From Lingula anatina (lineage: Eukaryota > Animalia > Brachiopoda): 64,000 nt of DNA. The notes beneath the pieces are model-generated. The model had not been told where the DNA came from and ran no database searches. It saw nothing but the letters and a program-made list of their open reading frames with translations. The stretch is from positions 18,538,001 to 18,602,000 of the forward strand of contig CM120646.1 in the NCBI GenBank assembly GCA_051362555.1, given 5' to 3'. The position numbers were made by a program, and so were the translations under genes. Below are positions 25,135-40,500 of the stretch, piece after piece (within the stretch, counting starts at the first letter, position 1; each line of letters begins with the position of its first letter).

Positions 25135-28100
25135 GTAAATAGTCCTCAGAACATTACATAATTAATAATCTTTAAAATCTAAAACAACCTAATCCCCAGG
25201 TATCTTTTTTAATATTTATCGTTAAGCTGAAGATAAATAGCTGGATGTGCTGTATTTATTGATATTTGTATGTATATATTTGCATATATTCTCCTTTAAA
25301 TATATATTCTGGAGAAGAACTGAGAGACCTAAATTGTCTAGAGTTGTATAAACTATACTAATACCATATTTCGCTTACGGGGCGTATTCTCAGTTGATAA
25401 GTGTTACAGTTCAGCTAGGCAGTATTGACCACTACGACACAAGCCAAAGCTGTTCGGGGACCTTATAACTTCCAGGTAGTGGGTCATTCCCTTTCGCAGG
25501 TAGTCTGTTGGACATCTTCCTCGGGCACAATCCCCTTTATTTCACATAGTTCCCAGAGTTTTCCGACGTGCAAAAATTGCGCTGGACAAAATATAATCAC
25601 TGTAAACGCTAAACAAAACGATTAAACGCATTGCATACGTCAGATATCGACAAAAAGGAGAGCAGCCTCCTCAGTGTTGCTTAGAGCAATGGGGTATTTT
25701 TTTAATGTCTCATTTTGAACAGGTAAGAGAATATAACATTATTTGTTATTGCGTACTATCGACAAAGCAAACGATTAGAAAAATGTGATATCATATATGT
25801 AAACACGCGGAGAGTGCTAAATCATGTAAAGGACTAGCAGAACGGCTCATTTTCGGTTGTTAATAACCAGGCTCTGGTTTCGCAAAAGAATCTTAGACCG
25901 AATTTGGATATAGATTTTTGAAAAAATAGGCGGTGACTCAAGATAAGGTAGTCTGTAAGATTTTAAAAAAACATGAAAGCATCGAAAATACTATACTTTT
26001 ACTACCTTTATTTTCAATAAATGCAGTTTAACTTATACTTATTTAATTATAAATATAGGCATGTCGGCCATGCAGATTTTAGAATATTCCTGTAAAATTG
26101 ATTTATAAGCTTAATTTCTCATCCACCATTTCTGTTGCTGAAAGTAAAAAGAATCCAATAATTTATAGCAAAGGTAAAATTTTTGCACTCTGAGAAAAAT
26201 TAGCCAATTTTTTCGAAGCTATCCATATCAAAATATCACTGCATCTTTAATACTTTTCTTTTCTTAATCAGAATTTGCGACGAAAATCAGTTGCAATCGC
26301 TTTAAGTTGTATCTCTGTACCTGTATCTCTCCTATAGCTTGATCATTACTGAGTTTTCACACCTTTAGAGACGCTGTCTGGACTGCATACCAGACTATGA
26401 AAAATTATAGCTTGACATAATCAGTTTAAAAAACAACTCATTTTATGAACATAGAAAGCAATTTAGGTCATAAATACACGTATTAAAACATACTTTGACA
26501 CGCAAAAACAGGATCATAAAATTTGCTTATCGGTGAATGTCCAACTACTGGTTTAAACTTCCCGGTGTGGGACGACTCGAACGTTCCGTAATCAAACAGC
26601 TCTGATTAATCCTGATATCGATGGCCTTTCTCCTCTTATCGCGTCCTTGGCTTAAACGAAAATGTTCAATTAACTTCGCGATGTGGAGCGACTCGAACAT
26701 TCTGAGTCTTTTTTAATTAAAATAAACAAATTACAAATGATCTTTGGCGAAGGTAAATCCATGTTAAATCAAGATACTGTTAGTTCCGGGCTGTGCCCAG
26801 ATAAAACCATCGTAATAGATGAAAGTACAGGTAGACTATATTTGTTCTTCAGGGTGAATCTAGCTTGATAAATCTGAGAGCTCGCAGAAAGGTTCTTACC
26901 TAGAAGAGCATCTTTAGTATATTTAGTGAAAATGCGAATCTAGGATACTGGATCATAGCCGTAGGTATCTGAACCGTGTATCTAAATAATTAAATGTAAC
27001 AAGTGCGGTACTTAGTGCTTGAATTATGAATGAGATGTCACGAAAAACATGATAATCCTGTTATAAAATTCGCTTATCTAATTATGAACGATGCGGTTTT
27101 AATGATATCGAGATAGTCTCCTCATAAACTTTCTTTTACTATACCAGAAAGGTCCTACGTCTTGGTATTGCACCGTTTTGTCAGAATTTGCGTCTCAGCT
27201 TGGAAAATTTGACTTTGCCATGTTTTCTGTAACTTGCCACACCTACGAGCGTCAACGTAGGCGCTCTTTCCTTCATGTCTTCGCAGAAAGGTGACTGACC
27301 CCCTTGACTCACTGCACAAATAACTGTTTTCTTTCTCCAAAGGTGTTCAGTAACTCGGCGATAACAAAATAAACAAACAAACCAACAAATGATTTTTAAC
27401 GGGTGTGAAATGACGGTAATTTATCTCGCCCAGTGTACGCTTGACACCGATTATGATATTTTATTTATAGTTAGATATTGACGTTGACTAGCCCTTCATT
27501 TCACAAGGGAATAATGACCCGTTGATGAAGACATATATATAAATTATTGGGGAGATAGTATAAATTGCTCTCAATTGTGTCGACGTTGATAACGCGCAGT
27601 CACACGCCCTTTTATCAAATGTCCTGCGAAGAGCCACTACACATAGTGCTCCTAAATTTAATCAAATCTGATCTAATTCATAATATTTTTAATTTTTTAT
27701 GAAATAAGGAGTTGAATAATATGCATATGCCAAGTTATAGCCCTATGTCAGCAACCTGTGGTTCGTATATTTTCTGTCGTTTGGTCTGACCCTGCCTGTT
27801 TGTCTATGTATGCAAAAAAATAGTAATATGCAGGCATACTTGAGTCTGATGCATGTATCTATTCACCCTGGGTCTTTATATTAATGTGCCCCATCCCGCA
27901 TTCAAACTGAAAATGACGTTCATACGTTTCCCCAATTCTTGTAATCCATCCAGCTTAAAGACTACTTACTCATGGATGAATTAAAATATTGAAAGAGAGC
28001 TGATTTTAATTTATATAATAACATTATAAAGATTGACGAGTTGCTTTGGCAGCGGAAAAATATTATCAATCATTCAATGACAGCAATTTTAGGTAAGATC

Positions 28101-30913
28101 CCGTGGACGCATGTGATTAAGAGTTCATAGTAGTACCTGTCGATATACCTGTGTATCCATGGAGACAAAATACTATGGTTCGAGAATGACACATGAAAAT
28201 CATATCTACATATGTGCCCTGTTCTGATCTTTTGCGAACAATTTCCTTTCCGAATCCGCACACGCAAAGCCGCTGGTAAATTCGTATGCAAAGACACTAT
28301 ACAAAATGATTGAAAAAAAAAAGCGACCTCTGCATAACGCTACTATGTGCCCTTAGTGCACTAGTGCCTCCATTGTTTGCTTTGTTTGGTCGTTCCTGTT
28401 GAAAAGAACTCGCCCTTGAAAAGACCCTGATCAGGTCGACCGAGAAAACCTTATTTCGTGTAGGCCTAATAATACAGTGCAATGTTAGCAATACCTCACT
28501 CTGATGCCCTTGCCTTCCTCACCCCCCCCCCCCCTCTCTCTCTCTCTCTTTCTCTCTCTCCCAACAAGGTTACTGCATACCTATACAGCCTATGGTTTTA
28601 GAGCGTCCAAGAAGAGGGGGGGGAGTACACATCCCATATGTAATAGAGAAGTGACTGTGCTATCAATAAGAGATCAGACATCATCAAAAAGACATTTTTT
28701 TCTTTTTTATTTATTGGTTTTTCTTTCGTAAATTTTCCAACTTGAACGGCTGAATGATCGATCACCATGTTGAAAGTCACATTTTCATTATGCAACTGTT
28801 TATTCCGGGTTACTTGCTGTGCAAACATATGTACTATGACACCTGTTTTATTTAAATATAAACATAGGGTCTAACTCACTTGTCATGTCGATGTACCCAA
28901 ATGGTATGACAAATCTAAACATCAATACATTTTCTTGGGGGGGAGGGGGGGGGGGGGAATAGTCATTTGATATTACAAATGTGGTCATATTCCGCCATTT
29001 TAAACATGCTGTGAACTGTTTTTATTACCTACTTAAGACATCTGTTCATCTTTTTATGAACAATGCCCCAGACAGCAAACGTAGATAGATATGCAGATGC
29101 GTAAATAAGTATATGATTGAGCATTTAGATAAATGGAAAAATAAATTGAGAAATAATTAAGTGGGTGAACAGCTATTCAAATAGATAAAAAAAAAAGAGG
29201 AATAGCAAAATAAATAGTTAACCAAATGAGCATGTAAATATACATATAAATGTATATATGGGTGAAACGGTACTACTTATAGAGCACATTTCAATAAAAA
29301 TGTCTGGTCAACATAGGTACACGTATGGAAAATTTGAAATCATTTTTAAATTTAAAAATCGTCAGCGAGAAATTGTAGGTCAACGAATGACCCCTTCGCC
29401 TGCGGCCAAAGCAGGCAAAAATGTTAATTATTGAATTTATCTTTAAATGTTTGCCGAAGCATTATTGAGTCATATGATATGGCCTAAGCATACAAAATAC
29501 TAATTACTGCCCTTGAATCATCGTTCCGTCGTTTTCCTTAGAAGTAACAGTAATTTCGGTGACTAACTCTGTCCCTTGGAAATAAGGATCCTGGTAACAG
29601 CGCGTCCCATCCGCCATCAAAAGAATATGGACTTTAACGGAACGACCTTTACACATTCACATCTGTCATCCGAGCATACTGTGCGTCTATGATTCTGTTG
29701 TTATTTTGATAGCACTAGTTATCTTTATTTATTTACTCATTTCACATCTTATTATCTATTTTAAAAACACATTTCGCAATAGAATTTAAAAAATAACACT
29801 GTAGTTAAGCGCCGATTAGACCGCACTTGTTTAGGAGTGTCAGTGACCCAAGGTTGCGGGTAACCCAATAAGGAATAGTATTACGCCCCTTGTTTACTGC
29901 TTAACGTACTCTTCCGCATACATATCTGACGTGAACGATGGTATCGCGTTGATTTCCAGTGATACCGCAAGCTATTTATAAAACCGGCACATTTAAATAA
30001 ACGTATAGCTGGTAGGAGATAACTTCAGCGCTTGTCAAGGTCAGACGAAGAACAGGGCCTGCATTAAGAATCAGAGACAATAGACGCATAAAGAAAAGAC
30101 ACGAAGACAATTTTGATAAACCAATTTAAGAGAATTTTAAGTTATTTGCATTTCACAGGAGTTCAGAAAAATATTTTTCTAATTTTTTTAAAGATCGTTT
30201 TAAAATACCAATGGGACAGGTGGCTCTCCACCAGATGAAAGAGGTAAGGACTAACAAATGATTTCTTTAAATTGTTCTGTCTTCTTGGTGAACGGCCAAT
30301 AATGCGTTGTTGATATAGATATTTTGCATAGAGTTGGGGATATTTTGGCCGAAAACGAGAGATAGTCGGTGAAAATTGCGGGAACTTCTGTGGTGTATAA
30401 GTAGAAGATCGTAAGCTTCTCCATTTTTGCCTGATTTGACCGCAGGCGAAGGGGTCATTCGTTGACCTACAATTTCTCGTTGACGATTTAAATGATTTAA
30501 AATTTTCCATACGTTTACCTATGTTGCATCATACTACAGATAATTTTTCCATATAAATTCCTGCCCTTAATTTGCCTTAAGGGTTTTCTTTTCTTCGTCT
30601 CGTCTGCCTTTTTTTCAATAAGCCAGCATCAAAGCTTGGAAAAAGGCCCTAAATCGACAAAGTATATGTAGGTGCGTTTTAACGTGATACGGGCCATGTT
30701 TCAAAAATGACTCAGGTTGCTTGAGTTGACAGCTTTTCTTCACTTTTAGTACCGATATTTTAGTTCTTATCAAGTCAGGATAAATATGTAGAGGCCTACC
30801 AGAACCTAATGGCGTTCATTCTACGTAACAGCGGTAGTCACTTCTAACATTTGGTAACACAGGCCTAAAATCACCATTTACTTGGCACACTATTGCTATT
30901 AGTGAGTCCACTT

Positions 30914-31129
30914 GGGCTCTATTCCCATAGATTTTAGATCGATCTATCCCCGCGGGGAGTCTCACTAGACTACCTTCAGATAATCCGACTTAAATGCCCG
31001 TCCCGCCTAATACAAGCTTTAAGGGGGTAATTAACTTTCGTGTCCGCCCGGCTGACAGCTATTTAGCGTGAACCCCCAGGGAGTTAGGTCGATCTAAAGT
31101 AGGTCGATCTAATCTATGGAAATGGGGTG
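30914..31129 (+). mobile_element. MITE of about 215 bp (PIF/Harbinger-like), copy 1
   Basis: Imperfect TIRs (ggctctattcccatagatt / aatctatggaaatggggtg); a closely related copy lies in the opposite orientation at 43741-43955. Confidence 0.75.
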
Positions 31130-32839
31130 CAAGAAGACCCGACTTTTTGTCTGAAAGTTAAGATTAGCTTTCGCCTTGGGCTATTTGTTGAAACGGGACC
31201 TTCAGAAGAACGAGTAAGTGTCGTTCCGAAAACATACAGGGTGAACTATCAAACTGTCAGCAAACTACGTGTATCAGCGCTGGTAATTTAATGCACTTGT
31301 CAGGTTGCAAAAGAAACTTGCATTCCATTAGCATTACGCGATTTACGCCTCGGGATAATAAAGTACCGCAACTAATGTCTACCTGTGAAAAATATTTTAA
31401 AAGTTGAAGTATCAGTCTACGTAAAATATTTTAATATGCATATGTTTTATTATTATTATTATTATCATTAACTATTACTATTATTTTTAATATCAAAAAT
31501 TTAATATTAAGCCCTCGCGCAGAGGTCGACACATGTCAAGTTATTTTCCTTTTCCCACAGTTCATTCTGCGTATTTATGTCGTTGGGTTAAATTGGAATT
31601 TCATCGGTAATATCGAAAAGTCGTCTTTTGTGCATTCCATTTATCATATTGAAGTCATCAATTAAAACTAATGGTCATGTTTTAGATACATCTTGCTTAA
31701 ATTTGTATAGGTAAATACATTAGCGTTATTTACTTCCCTTTCCTTTGCCATATAGAATGGAAAAAATTAATGGACTTTCTAAAAGAGTAAGACTGTCATA
31801 AAAGGACCCTTCACCGTGACAAATAATGCCCTCGATAATGTGCATGGGAATGACTATTTCAGTTTAATGAGAATTTAACTGTTTCATAATAAACGGTCCA
31901 TGACATTTTGATGTTTTAACATATTAAAATATGCGCAAATTACCAAACAGTCCGGAGAGTTATGCGTTTATACGTCTTTCATTATGCCAAACTTAATGCG
32001 AACGATGCTATCGATGGGGCATTTTATTAAATTATCATACCATTTTTTGTTTTTTTTTCTTTTTATCTCTTCCTAATAATCATTTATTTTTTCATTAGTA
32101 TACTACGATTAACTAAATGGCTGTCTACACGAGATTACAGAAGTTAATCGACGTGTTTACAAATTCGAAGGCATTTAAAAAAAATTTTTTTTTAAGATGG
32201 TTGATGTGGGCTTTCCCTTATTTGCACCCCTTGTCCTTCAGTGCTATCAAGGTCGAATGAAAGTGCAAGGAGGCTACATTAGCATTACCGTGTCATAAAA
32301 CTCTCATAATTTAAACGACTGGCGCACTTATCTTCGACTTATCTTTTCTTAATGTATATCACAGCAATGACAACACAGAGGTTTTGAGAACATGAAGATG
32401 AGTGTCGGCAGATGCTATATTCATCCCTTTCCAGGACTACCTTTCCTGTTATCATACAGACGCTTTCATGCTTAGATACCGAAATTCCATTTGACCCTGT
32501 TTTGACCTGATCAGAGATATTAGGTGCGATATTTACGATGGGCTGGGACTGGATCCGACCAGTGAATCATACCCCCGTCTCCGCACCGGAGGCGAACACT
32601 ACCTTGTAAGCGATGCTTCGCCGTTCGTGGGAAAAACTAAGAAATTCAACAGTCACCTACAACTTTCCGGTTAGCCGAGTGACTGATTGAAAATATAAAT
32701 TCATTTGGGTCTACGTGTCCCTTGAGGAATTCCCGTCCTATCCCACCACGCCCCCTCACAAATGTTTCAAATGTAGCGCTTTTTTATCATATTTATTTAT
32801 TCATTTATTTTATATGTACATTTTTTTCTATTACTTCAG

Positions 32840-33539
32840 TATGGACTTGAGGACAGAAGAGGAGAAGCACTCATCAACTACGTCAAAGAAAATGTGATTG
32901 GAAACGACGTCAGTTTTGAAGGGCCCTTTGGAACCCGACCAGGTACCTTGTTTTGATTTCGATACTTTTAAATAACAATTTTGGGCACCTAATTATCTTT
33001 ACTACCTATGGGGAACATTATGCTGAAAAGGGTAGGCCGAGCACAACTTGGGCATTATGCACTTTACAATTTGTACGTGTGGCAAAGCCGAGACGGCGTC
33101 TCAATCGCCGTGACTTTTCTCTGCTGTTCCCGGATTATCAGAATGTTGACTCTGACTAGCGACTAGTGTACACAGCAAATAATACACTTCATGTGTCCTT
33201 ATAATAAGTAGTTCAAGGTGAGATCCGGTCAGTCACATCCCCATTGTCATTATTGTCACTTCATCTATCACTTATTCAGTTTATTAAGTTGACTCATGGC
33301 ACGCTCTGTCTTTATTATATATGCCTGAAACTGATCATGATATATTCTTGCTTTCACAAGTTGCGGCTACTTCGATTCAGTTCGGACACGTGCAAAGAAA
33401 TTGATAAGTGAGAAAATAGATACAAGAAGAAGAGTGAAAACTTCAAACAATATCAAATACTGTTCACTACCAGGCACATTAAATCAGAATTTGTTTTTGT
33501 CATTATTTGGTGTTTACTTTCTTATGTAATTAAGTACGA

Positions 33540-33587
<48 letters not shown>

Positions 33588-36500
33588 TCAGTCACGTACT
33601 GCGACTACACAGCCTCTGGCAAGTAAGTACTACTCCTCATCCATAGCAACTACAAACACCGACACAATAAACGCACTTCAACCAGTGTAGGGCTCATCTC
33701 AAATGAAACTATATTCTACGATTCAACTCCGCGGGGACACTGGCTGAATGCAATCAAATTAACGGATTGACACGCCTCCTCTTTTTCTGAACGTACTCGT
33801 ATACTCACAAGCTTTTCTGTATTCTACTTAACGTTTGGAGGAGACGTGTTAGTCTGTTAATCTGATTGCATTCAGCGAGAATTCCTGCGGAGTTGGGTCG
33901 ATCTACGTAGACCGATAATTTTCACGGGAATGAGCACTAAGCTGACGACGCTGTATACGACAGTGCCGCATCACCTTTCAGTGTCATGTAGTAATTTACG
34001 GCTTCAATTAACAATAGCCCCGTTAGTTGGAAGACCGACGCTTGGTGGACTTGTAAGGTGAATAATTTAAAGCGGTGATGTCCCAGAGATATGTTAATTT
34101 AAAAGTCCGATCAATTACGATGGCACTTCAATTTGAATTACGAGGTAAGATACGAATTATCAACTCTGCCTATCCCAGGCATCCGCGTACATCGTATCTT
34201 TATAGTCGTGTAGTTTGCAATCTCTAAGGAAGGGATGAAAAACTGACGTTTTTAACCCGTATGTTGACCCATCATGAGAAATGGCATAGTACCTGTATCA
34301 AGTACCCTCATATCATGGACCCCCCCCCCCCCCCATCCAACATCTGCGCGCCTTATTAGCCCTTTCTTCAAACACTGATAGATTAAATACCTTAAATGTT
34401 TATTATGGACAAACAGCGAATATTAAAGCATAATTTTGAGTGTCAAAATTTTACTGCTAAAATGCCGAAGTCGTCATTTTGGTCTTAACAATTCGTCAAT
34501 CCATGTTTCGACCTAACGGTGTTTTCGAACGTTTTTTTTTTTTTTCAGACCTCTGCGGTTCATCGAAGATTACATCACGGACTATGTATATCCGACCTAC
34601 GGGAACACACACACCACCACCTCTATCGTCTCCTTGCAAACTACCAAGTTTAGAAATAGCGCAAGGTGAGTTCACATTACAGGCACTCACGAATTCAAAC
34701 GCACGCTCATAAAACACTTTTTAAATCACCTTTACCATTTTGCTACTACACGCCAAGTGACATGAAAACTGGCCGAAAAAAATAATCAAACAATAAATTT
34801 GAACAATGTTAATATTTCAACTACATCAATGTACAGTTAAAACTTTTACATAAACAAGAAATTATATTATAACATTACTTACTATTATTCTTAATACTTA
34901 TGTGTATTTGCTTGAAGGGACATCATAAAGAAATGTGTCAACGCCTCCGAGGATGACGTGGTGATATTTGTTGGAAGCGGGACGACGGGCGCAGTACATA
35001 AACTTCTTAATGTCTTGGGGTTACATTCACAAGACTTCGACGAGACAAATACGGTAAGATATCTGCTAGATATGCCACATAAATAGGATATCTCTGTTTT
35101 TAGCCAATGCGATTCACATATTGCACTATTTAAACTAACTCTCTCTGCCATATATTATAGACATACATATTCATGTGTACCTGCTTACGCGCACACGTGC
35201 TTACGCACAATCACACAAGCGAACAGAATAAAAAATAATTGATAACGCAAAAAAGACATTTTATTCAATTTTTTTCTAATGAAATTAAAGGTGGTATTCG
35301 TTGGCCCGTACGAGCATCACTCCAACATATTGCCATGGAAGGAGAACGGGTTGAAGGTAGAAAGAATAAGGGAAGACAAAGACGGCCTAATAGATGTGAA
35401 CTACTTAACAAGCTTACTCAAGGTGAGAATTGGAAGAGTATAATTGAAGGTTTCTGTTAGCGTGTCATATTTACTCCCGTCAGCCATTTAGAATTTGATT
35501 TTAACTTGTACAACCTGAAAGGGGATGCCCGCACGATGGCTACAATAGGTAGTGCAAAATTTCTGTTGCACGTTTATTTAGATGTCCTGGTTATTATTGA
35601 AATCAACGAACAACCCGGTTGGCCTTACGTTAAGGGTAGTAAAGTTAATGATTATAATACTAAATGATAAGAGGTGGCATTACACCGCTTATGCAGCACC
35701 CGTCTAATTGGGAAACTTTTGCCTTAATCAGCACTGACGTCACATTTTTCACAGGAATACAAAGCCAAACGGTACAACATGATTGCAGCGTTCTCTGCAT
35801 CTAGTAACGTGACAGGAATTTTGACCGACACTGTAGCCGTGGCAGAGAAGTTACACGAATATGGTGCCTTGTCGTTCTGGGATTACGCCGCAGGAGGTAG
35901 GTCCCCCCCCCCCAACCCCCCCTCTCTCTCTCTTACTCCCGACTTGAATGCCGCCTTGTTCTGCCCCCTAGCCTCCTATCTCTCACTTTCGGTCCATCCA
36001 CTTAACTTTCTGGGCAACAAAACTCATAGTTTAATCAAATTTGCATTATATCCTGTTACAACTCCTTATCTGAATATCGAGGTGACATGCTTCCCCACCT
36101 GTCCTCTCTCTCTCTCTCTCTCTCGCTCTCTCTTGCTTTAATTTGTATATTGAAACTATTCTACCATATGCCTTTATATTGTACTCTTATGCTCACTGTA
36201 TTTTCTTTTTTAGCTCCATATCTGAAGATAGACATGAACCCAACGGCAGCAGGGTAAGTTTCCCTCATTTTAAAAACTAAAAAATATATTCATGTTTTAC
36301 ACATATTTAGCTTTTTTCGTAATACAATTCTTAACGTCTATCAGTCTTACATAAATCATTAAAAAACAAATTATGAAACATGATTTAAAGAAATTATCAG
36401 AAAATAAATATTTCTAAATATCAATATGTGTAACATGTCCGTGGTAACAAACACATCCTTGTCTATGACATTTAACATTCTAAAACTGCCAGCAGTCAGA

Positions 36501-37502
36501 CAACCTTTTCATGTCTTACAGGTACAAGGACGCTGTATTCTGCTCTCCACATAAGTTCGTGGGAGGTGTAGGATGCCCAGGTAAGTGACTGGATTTCTTC
36601 CTAGAATTGCAATTAAGAATTGGCGTGTTACGACGAAGCTTTACGCGAGGCAAAGTCCTCTACCCCCATCCCAACCCCCAACCCCCTCTACCCCCAACCC
36701 CCAAACACTACTTTACCCCCCCCCCCCCCCCGCCATTCCTAGCCCCCTGCAACTTCGCCAACTTTACTGTCTATGGATATTTTACCTAGAGCCTGTAACC
36801 AGCAATATCATAGCGGCGTTCTTTTTCTGAAGATATGGACCTTTATGCTTATAGTTAACCCGACTTGAGAATTGGCATAAACTATAGGTCAAATTTTGAA
36901 TCAGAGCGGCCCTTTTCGGCCAATAGGGAGGTCCCCCCCCCTTTCACCCCCGCATATCTGGGCTGAGAATGCAATTAAAGTTAATTATTTCTTTGCTTGG
37001 ACTACATCTAATATATAATGACTTCAAAGTAAATTTTGGGTTGTATTATTCCAAGCTTTAGACTCCCGCAGAGTTTTTCTCGTAAGGGAAGCTCCCAGTC
37101 ACAATATTTCGGGAAACCAATATTCCGTGACATTAGAGCCTTGTCAGACGTCGAGCTGTTATCAATAAGGAAGTTTAATTTTCGACCTGTCACCCAGAAA
37201 CAACTCTACTATCAGTTTTCATTTGAATTTGATCAACAGAACACTTCCCCCTCCTTGTTGAGTAAAAGGCACAAGATGGATGCCTTTTATGTTGTTGTTT
37301 ACTGTTGTTAATAAACGCAAACAGGTCACTGCGTCAGTTAATATGGTAAACTTGTTTTTGATAACCTATTAAAATAGTTCAAACAAGGCAGCAAAATAGC
37401 ATACCAACTTTAAGCACAACTGTTTTTTTGACACGATTTCTCAGTTTTCTTGGATTAAAAAAAGGCCTATCACTTTTTTCGTTGACTATTCTTTTTTCAT
37501 TA

Positions 37503-37543
<41 letters not shown>

Positions 37544-40500
37544 GGGGGGGGGGGTTGATTGCTATTTTTAAAAATACAAGTAACAATCCATAATGGATCA
37601 AGGAATCTTCGAATAACAGGCATATGTTACTTCTTTTGCTGACTTGATTGGTATTAGGAGCACTGCATTCATTAGATGCTCGTATCAGAACGACGTTGCC
37701 ACCGGCAGCGGTGAAAATAGTATGAATATTAATAAATAAGTGACTTTAAAAGACTTTAATGTATTTTGGTTTCTTAAAACGTTAAAACGTTTAACGAGTA
37801 TTTTAATCTAGTAGTGTATTATCCCTGTTTTAGAATTTTGTAGATATAGTCAAACAATGACCCACTAATATTCATTCATTCATTCTCCAACTCTCCTACT
37901 CTTTAAATCACCCTAACGTAAGTCATTAACTGGAAAAAATGTTACGTTTCCCCTTACTTAGTAAATGAATGCCGTTATAAGATTGCAATTTATGTTTACT
38001 TGTAAAAGTTAGCCAGAGCAATTTATGTTTACGTAAGGGTGTCATCCCAGTATAAAGGAGGAGAAGTCGGGCGTAGAGAGGCGCATAGTGGCAAGTGGCC
38101 GATTTTACTGAGGGTTATTATGGTGGATATTGGTCTTTTTACAAGATGTTGGTCTATAAAACGTGGTAAAAGCTCAGCTTAAATTTCCACCGGACAATGT
38201 TCTTCCGAAGTCTCCGGATAGACTCGTATTACCAACTTTGTGACAGCAGGAATTCAATAAGTCTAGAATGTGCAGGTGCGCATGCGTCATGTTCCCCCAC
38301 GCTTTTTATGTTCTCCCTGCTTTCTTTCATATTTTACTAAACGCCCTTGGAATGTTATTGTCGACCTGAAGCTGCGCGCTCTATAATGTCAGGTCGTAGC
38401 AGGATTTCGTAACCACAATGCGTTTAATTTATGGAGCTAATGTCATTTTGATGTTGCGTTTGTAGATGGCGTGTCAAGTTGTTTTCCAGTTAATATTGCG
38501 GAATGACTCGTATTTCACTCTTCTCGTTCCGCTGTCACGATCGAATCTCGCATAACTGTATTTTTGTATGGTTAGTTGTACTAAAAACAAATTTTCCACT
38601 TTTGCATTACTGATAAAACTTTAAATTTTTTAATTTTTCTTTCGGATTATATGTAAAGTATTAATTGTATAAAACCAGAAGAAGAATATTGAGCTTTATA
38701 AAATACCCGTAGATCTCTATTTCTTAAATATATATTCCATATTTGTGTTGTTGCAATTTCAAATATTAGATATGTAAGATATTTAGTAGTTGCAACGAGA
38801 AAATGGTTTGGTACACACAGGTTATAAGTGACGGAAGATGGATGTTTTGGGCTTAATGGAAAATCCATGTTCTCCCTTCCCACTCCCTCCCGACTTTCTC
38901 TCTCTCTTTCTCTCTCTCTCTCCTTTTATTCACTCAGCGTCGTCTTGGGCATTATCGTTTTTCATTTGAATTATTTTGCAAAAAAAAAAAAAAAACAGTC
39001 CTTTATCATATTACACAAATTATTTTCGATACATCGTGTGATATGCCGGGCCATCTGCCCTCATAAAAATGGTCATCTCTTATCTGACGTACACTCTCAT
39101 TAGATATATACATATTTATTTTCTTTTCAAACGTTTAAAGTTTTTTTTATCTATTACGGTGTCATTTTAATGTCAACAAACCCAGTCTCCTCAAACCACT
39201 TTGTGCATAAGATAACAATAGCCAAGATTTAAAAAAGTAAGGGGCGTTTTATATAGTTATACAGTAAAGATTTTTAAAATCGGATTCTATATTTGTTGCA
39301 GGATTGCTGATAGCCAAAAAGTGGCTGTTCAGAAACCAGATTCCCCACAACTGCGGCGGGGGCACAGTGCTGTTCGTGACACGAGAGACGCACACGTATT
39401 TGACTGACATCGAGGAACGAGAGGAAGGTGGAACGCCCGCCATTGTGGAGTCGATCAGGTGCGGGATGGTATTTCAGCTTAAGGAGGTGAGTCATTCTGC
39501 TCGATAACTTGAATGTACTAGTGACTAAAAGTCAGCTTTTTAAAAGTGACTATGAAGTTTCCGGAAATTTTATTTTATCGTGTACTTTTAAAATCGGTCT
39601 TTGTTTTTGTTACTCTACTTCCTTCCTTCCTTCCTTCTTTTTTTTCTTTCTTCGTTTATCCTGTTACCTCTTTTTTATATATATAAAGACGTAATTTTAA
39701 CAAAGACATTAAAATGTCCCACCAATATAAAGGTTAATATTATTTTTAAAATGAATTCTAATGATTATTCTTGCAGACTAATTTTTATGTGCTAGTGGCA
39801 TCTGTTCACTTAAATATTTCATTGTGTTATTTTTTTACACCATACAGGCTATCGGAACTGATTTTATTGAGCACAAAGAGGCTGAGTTGTGTAAAAGAGC
39901 CTACAAAGCTTGGGAAAAGAATTCAAACATCTTGCTACTGGGCAGTAAAGATGTTCTTCGCGTTCCAATCCTCTCATTCCTGGTTATAAACCCAGAGAGC
40001 GGAAAGTTTCTTCATCACAACTTCGTCTCCATGCTTCTGAATGACATGTATGGGATTCAGACAAGAGGGGGGTGCGCATGCGCTGGACCATACGCTCAAG
40101 TAAGTAAATAAGCACGACAGTAATGTTTTTTCAAATACATTTTGAACATTAATTTGAATCAAAAGCTTATTTAATTATGATTTTGTAATTGCACTTTTGA
40201 TGGAGCTTTGACGTTATTGACCGCTGTAACTTATCCACTTTCGACCATATATTAATAGGCCTACGTATATTAAGATTAGCGGACCATACAAATTAACAAT
40301 TTCCTTGTCTACGTTTTACTTGGGTATTATTGTTTTTTGCTACTGACCTGTATTTCTTTTTCTATTAGGATCTTTTACAAATGGACGAGGAAATGGCCCA
40401 GAGATTTATAACGTTTTTAGAACATTCTGAGTAAGTAGATGGAATTGTCCTTTTTCTCAAAAGGAGGCTGTCAGCGTGATGTAGTTTTTGTCGGTTCCCA

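Noticed and set aside
17918-31000. Assorted 60-140 aa ORFs in the intergenic region
   Set aside because: No recognisable domains; several overlap MITEs or microsatellites; no transposase or reverse-transcriptase motifs seen.
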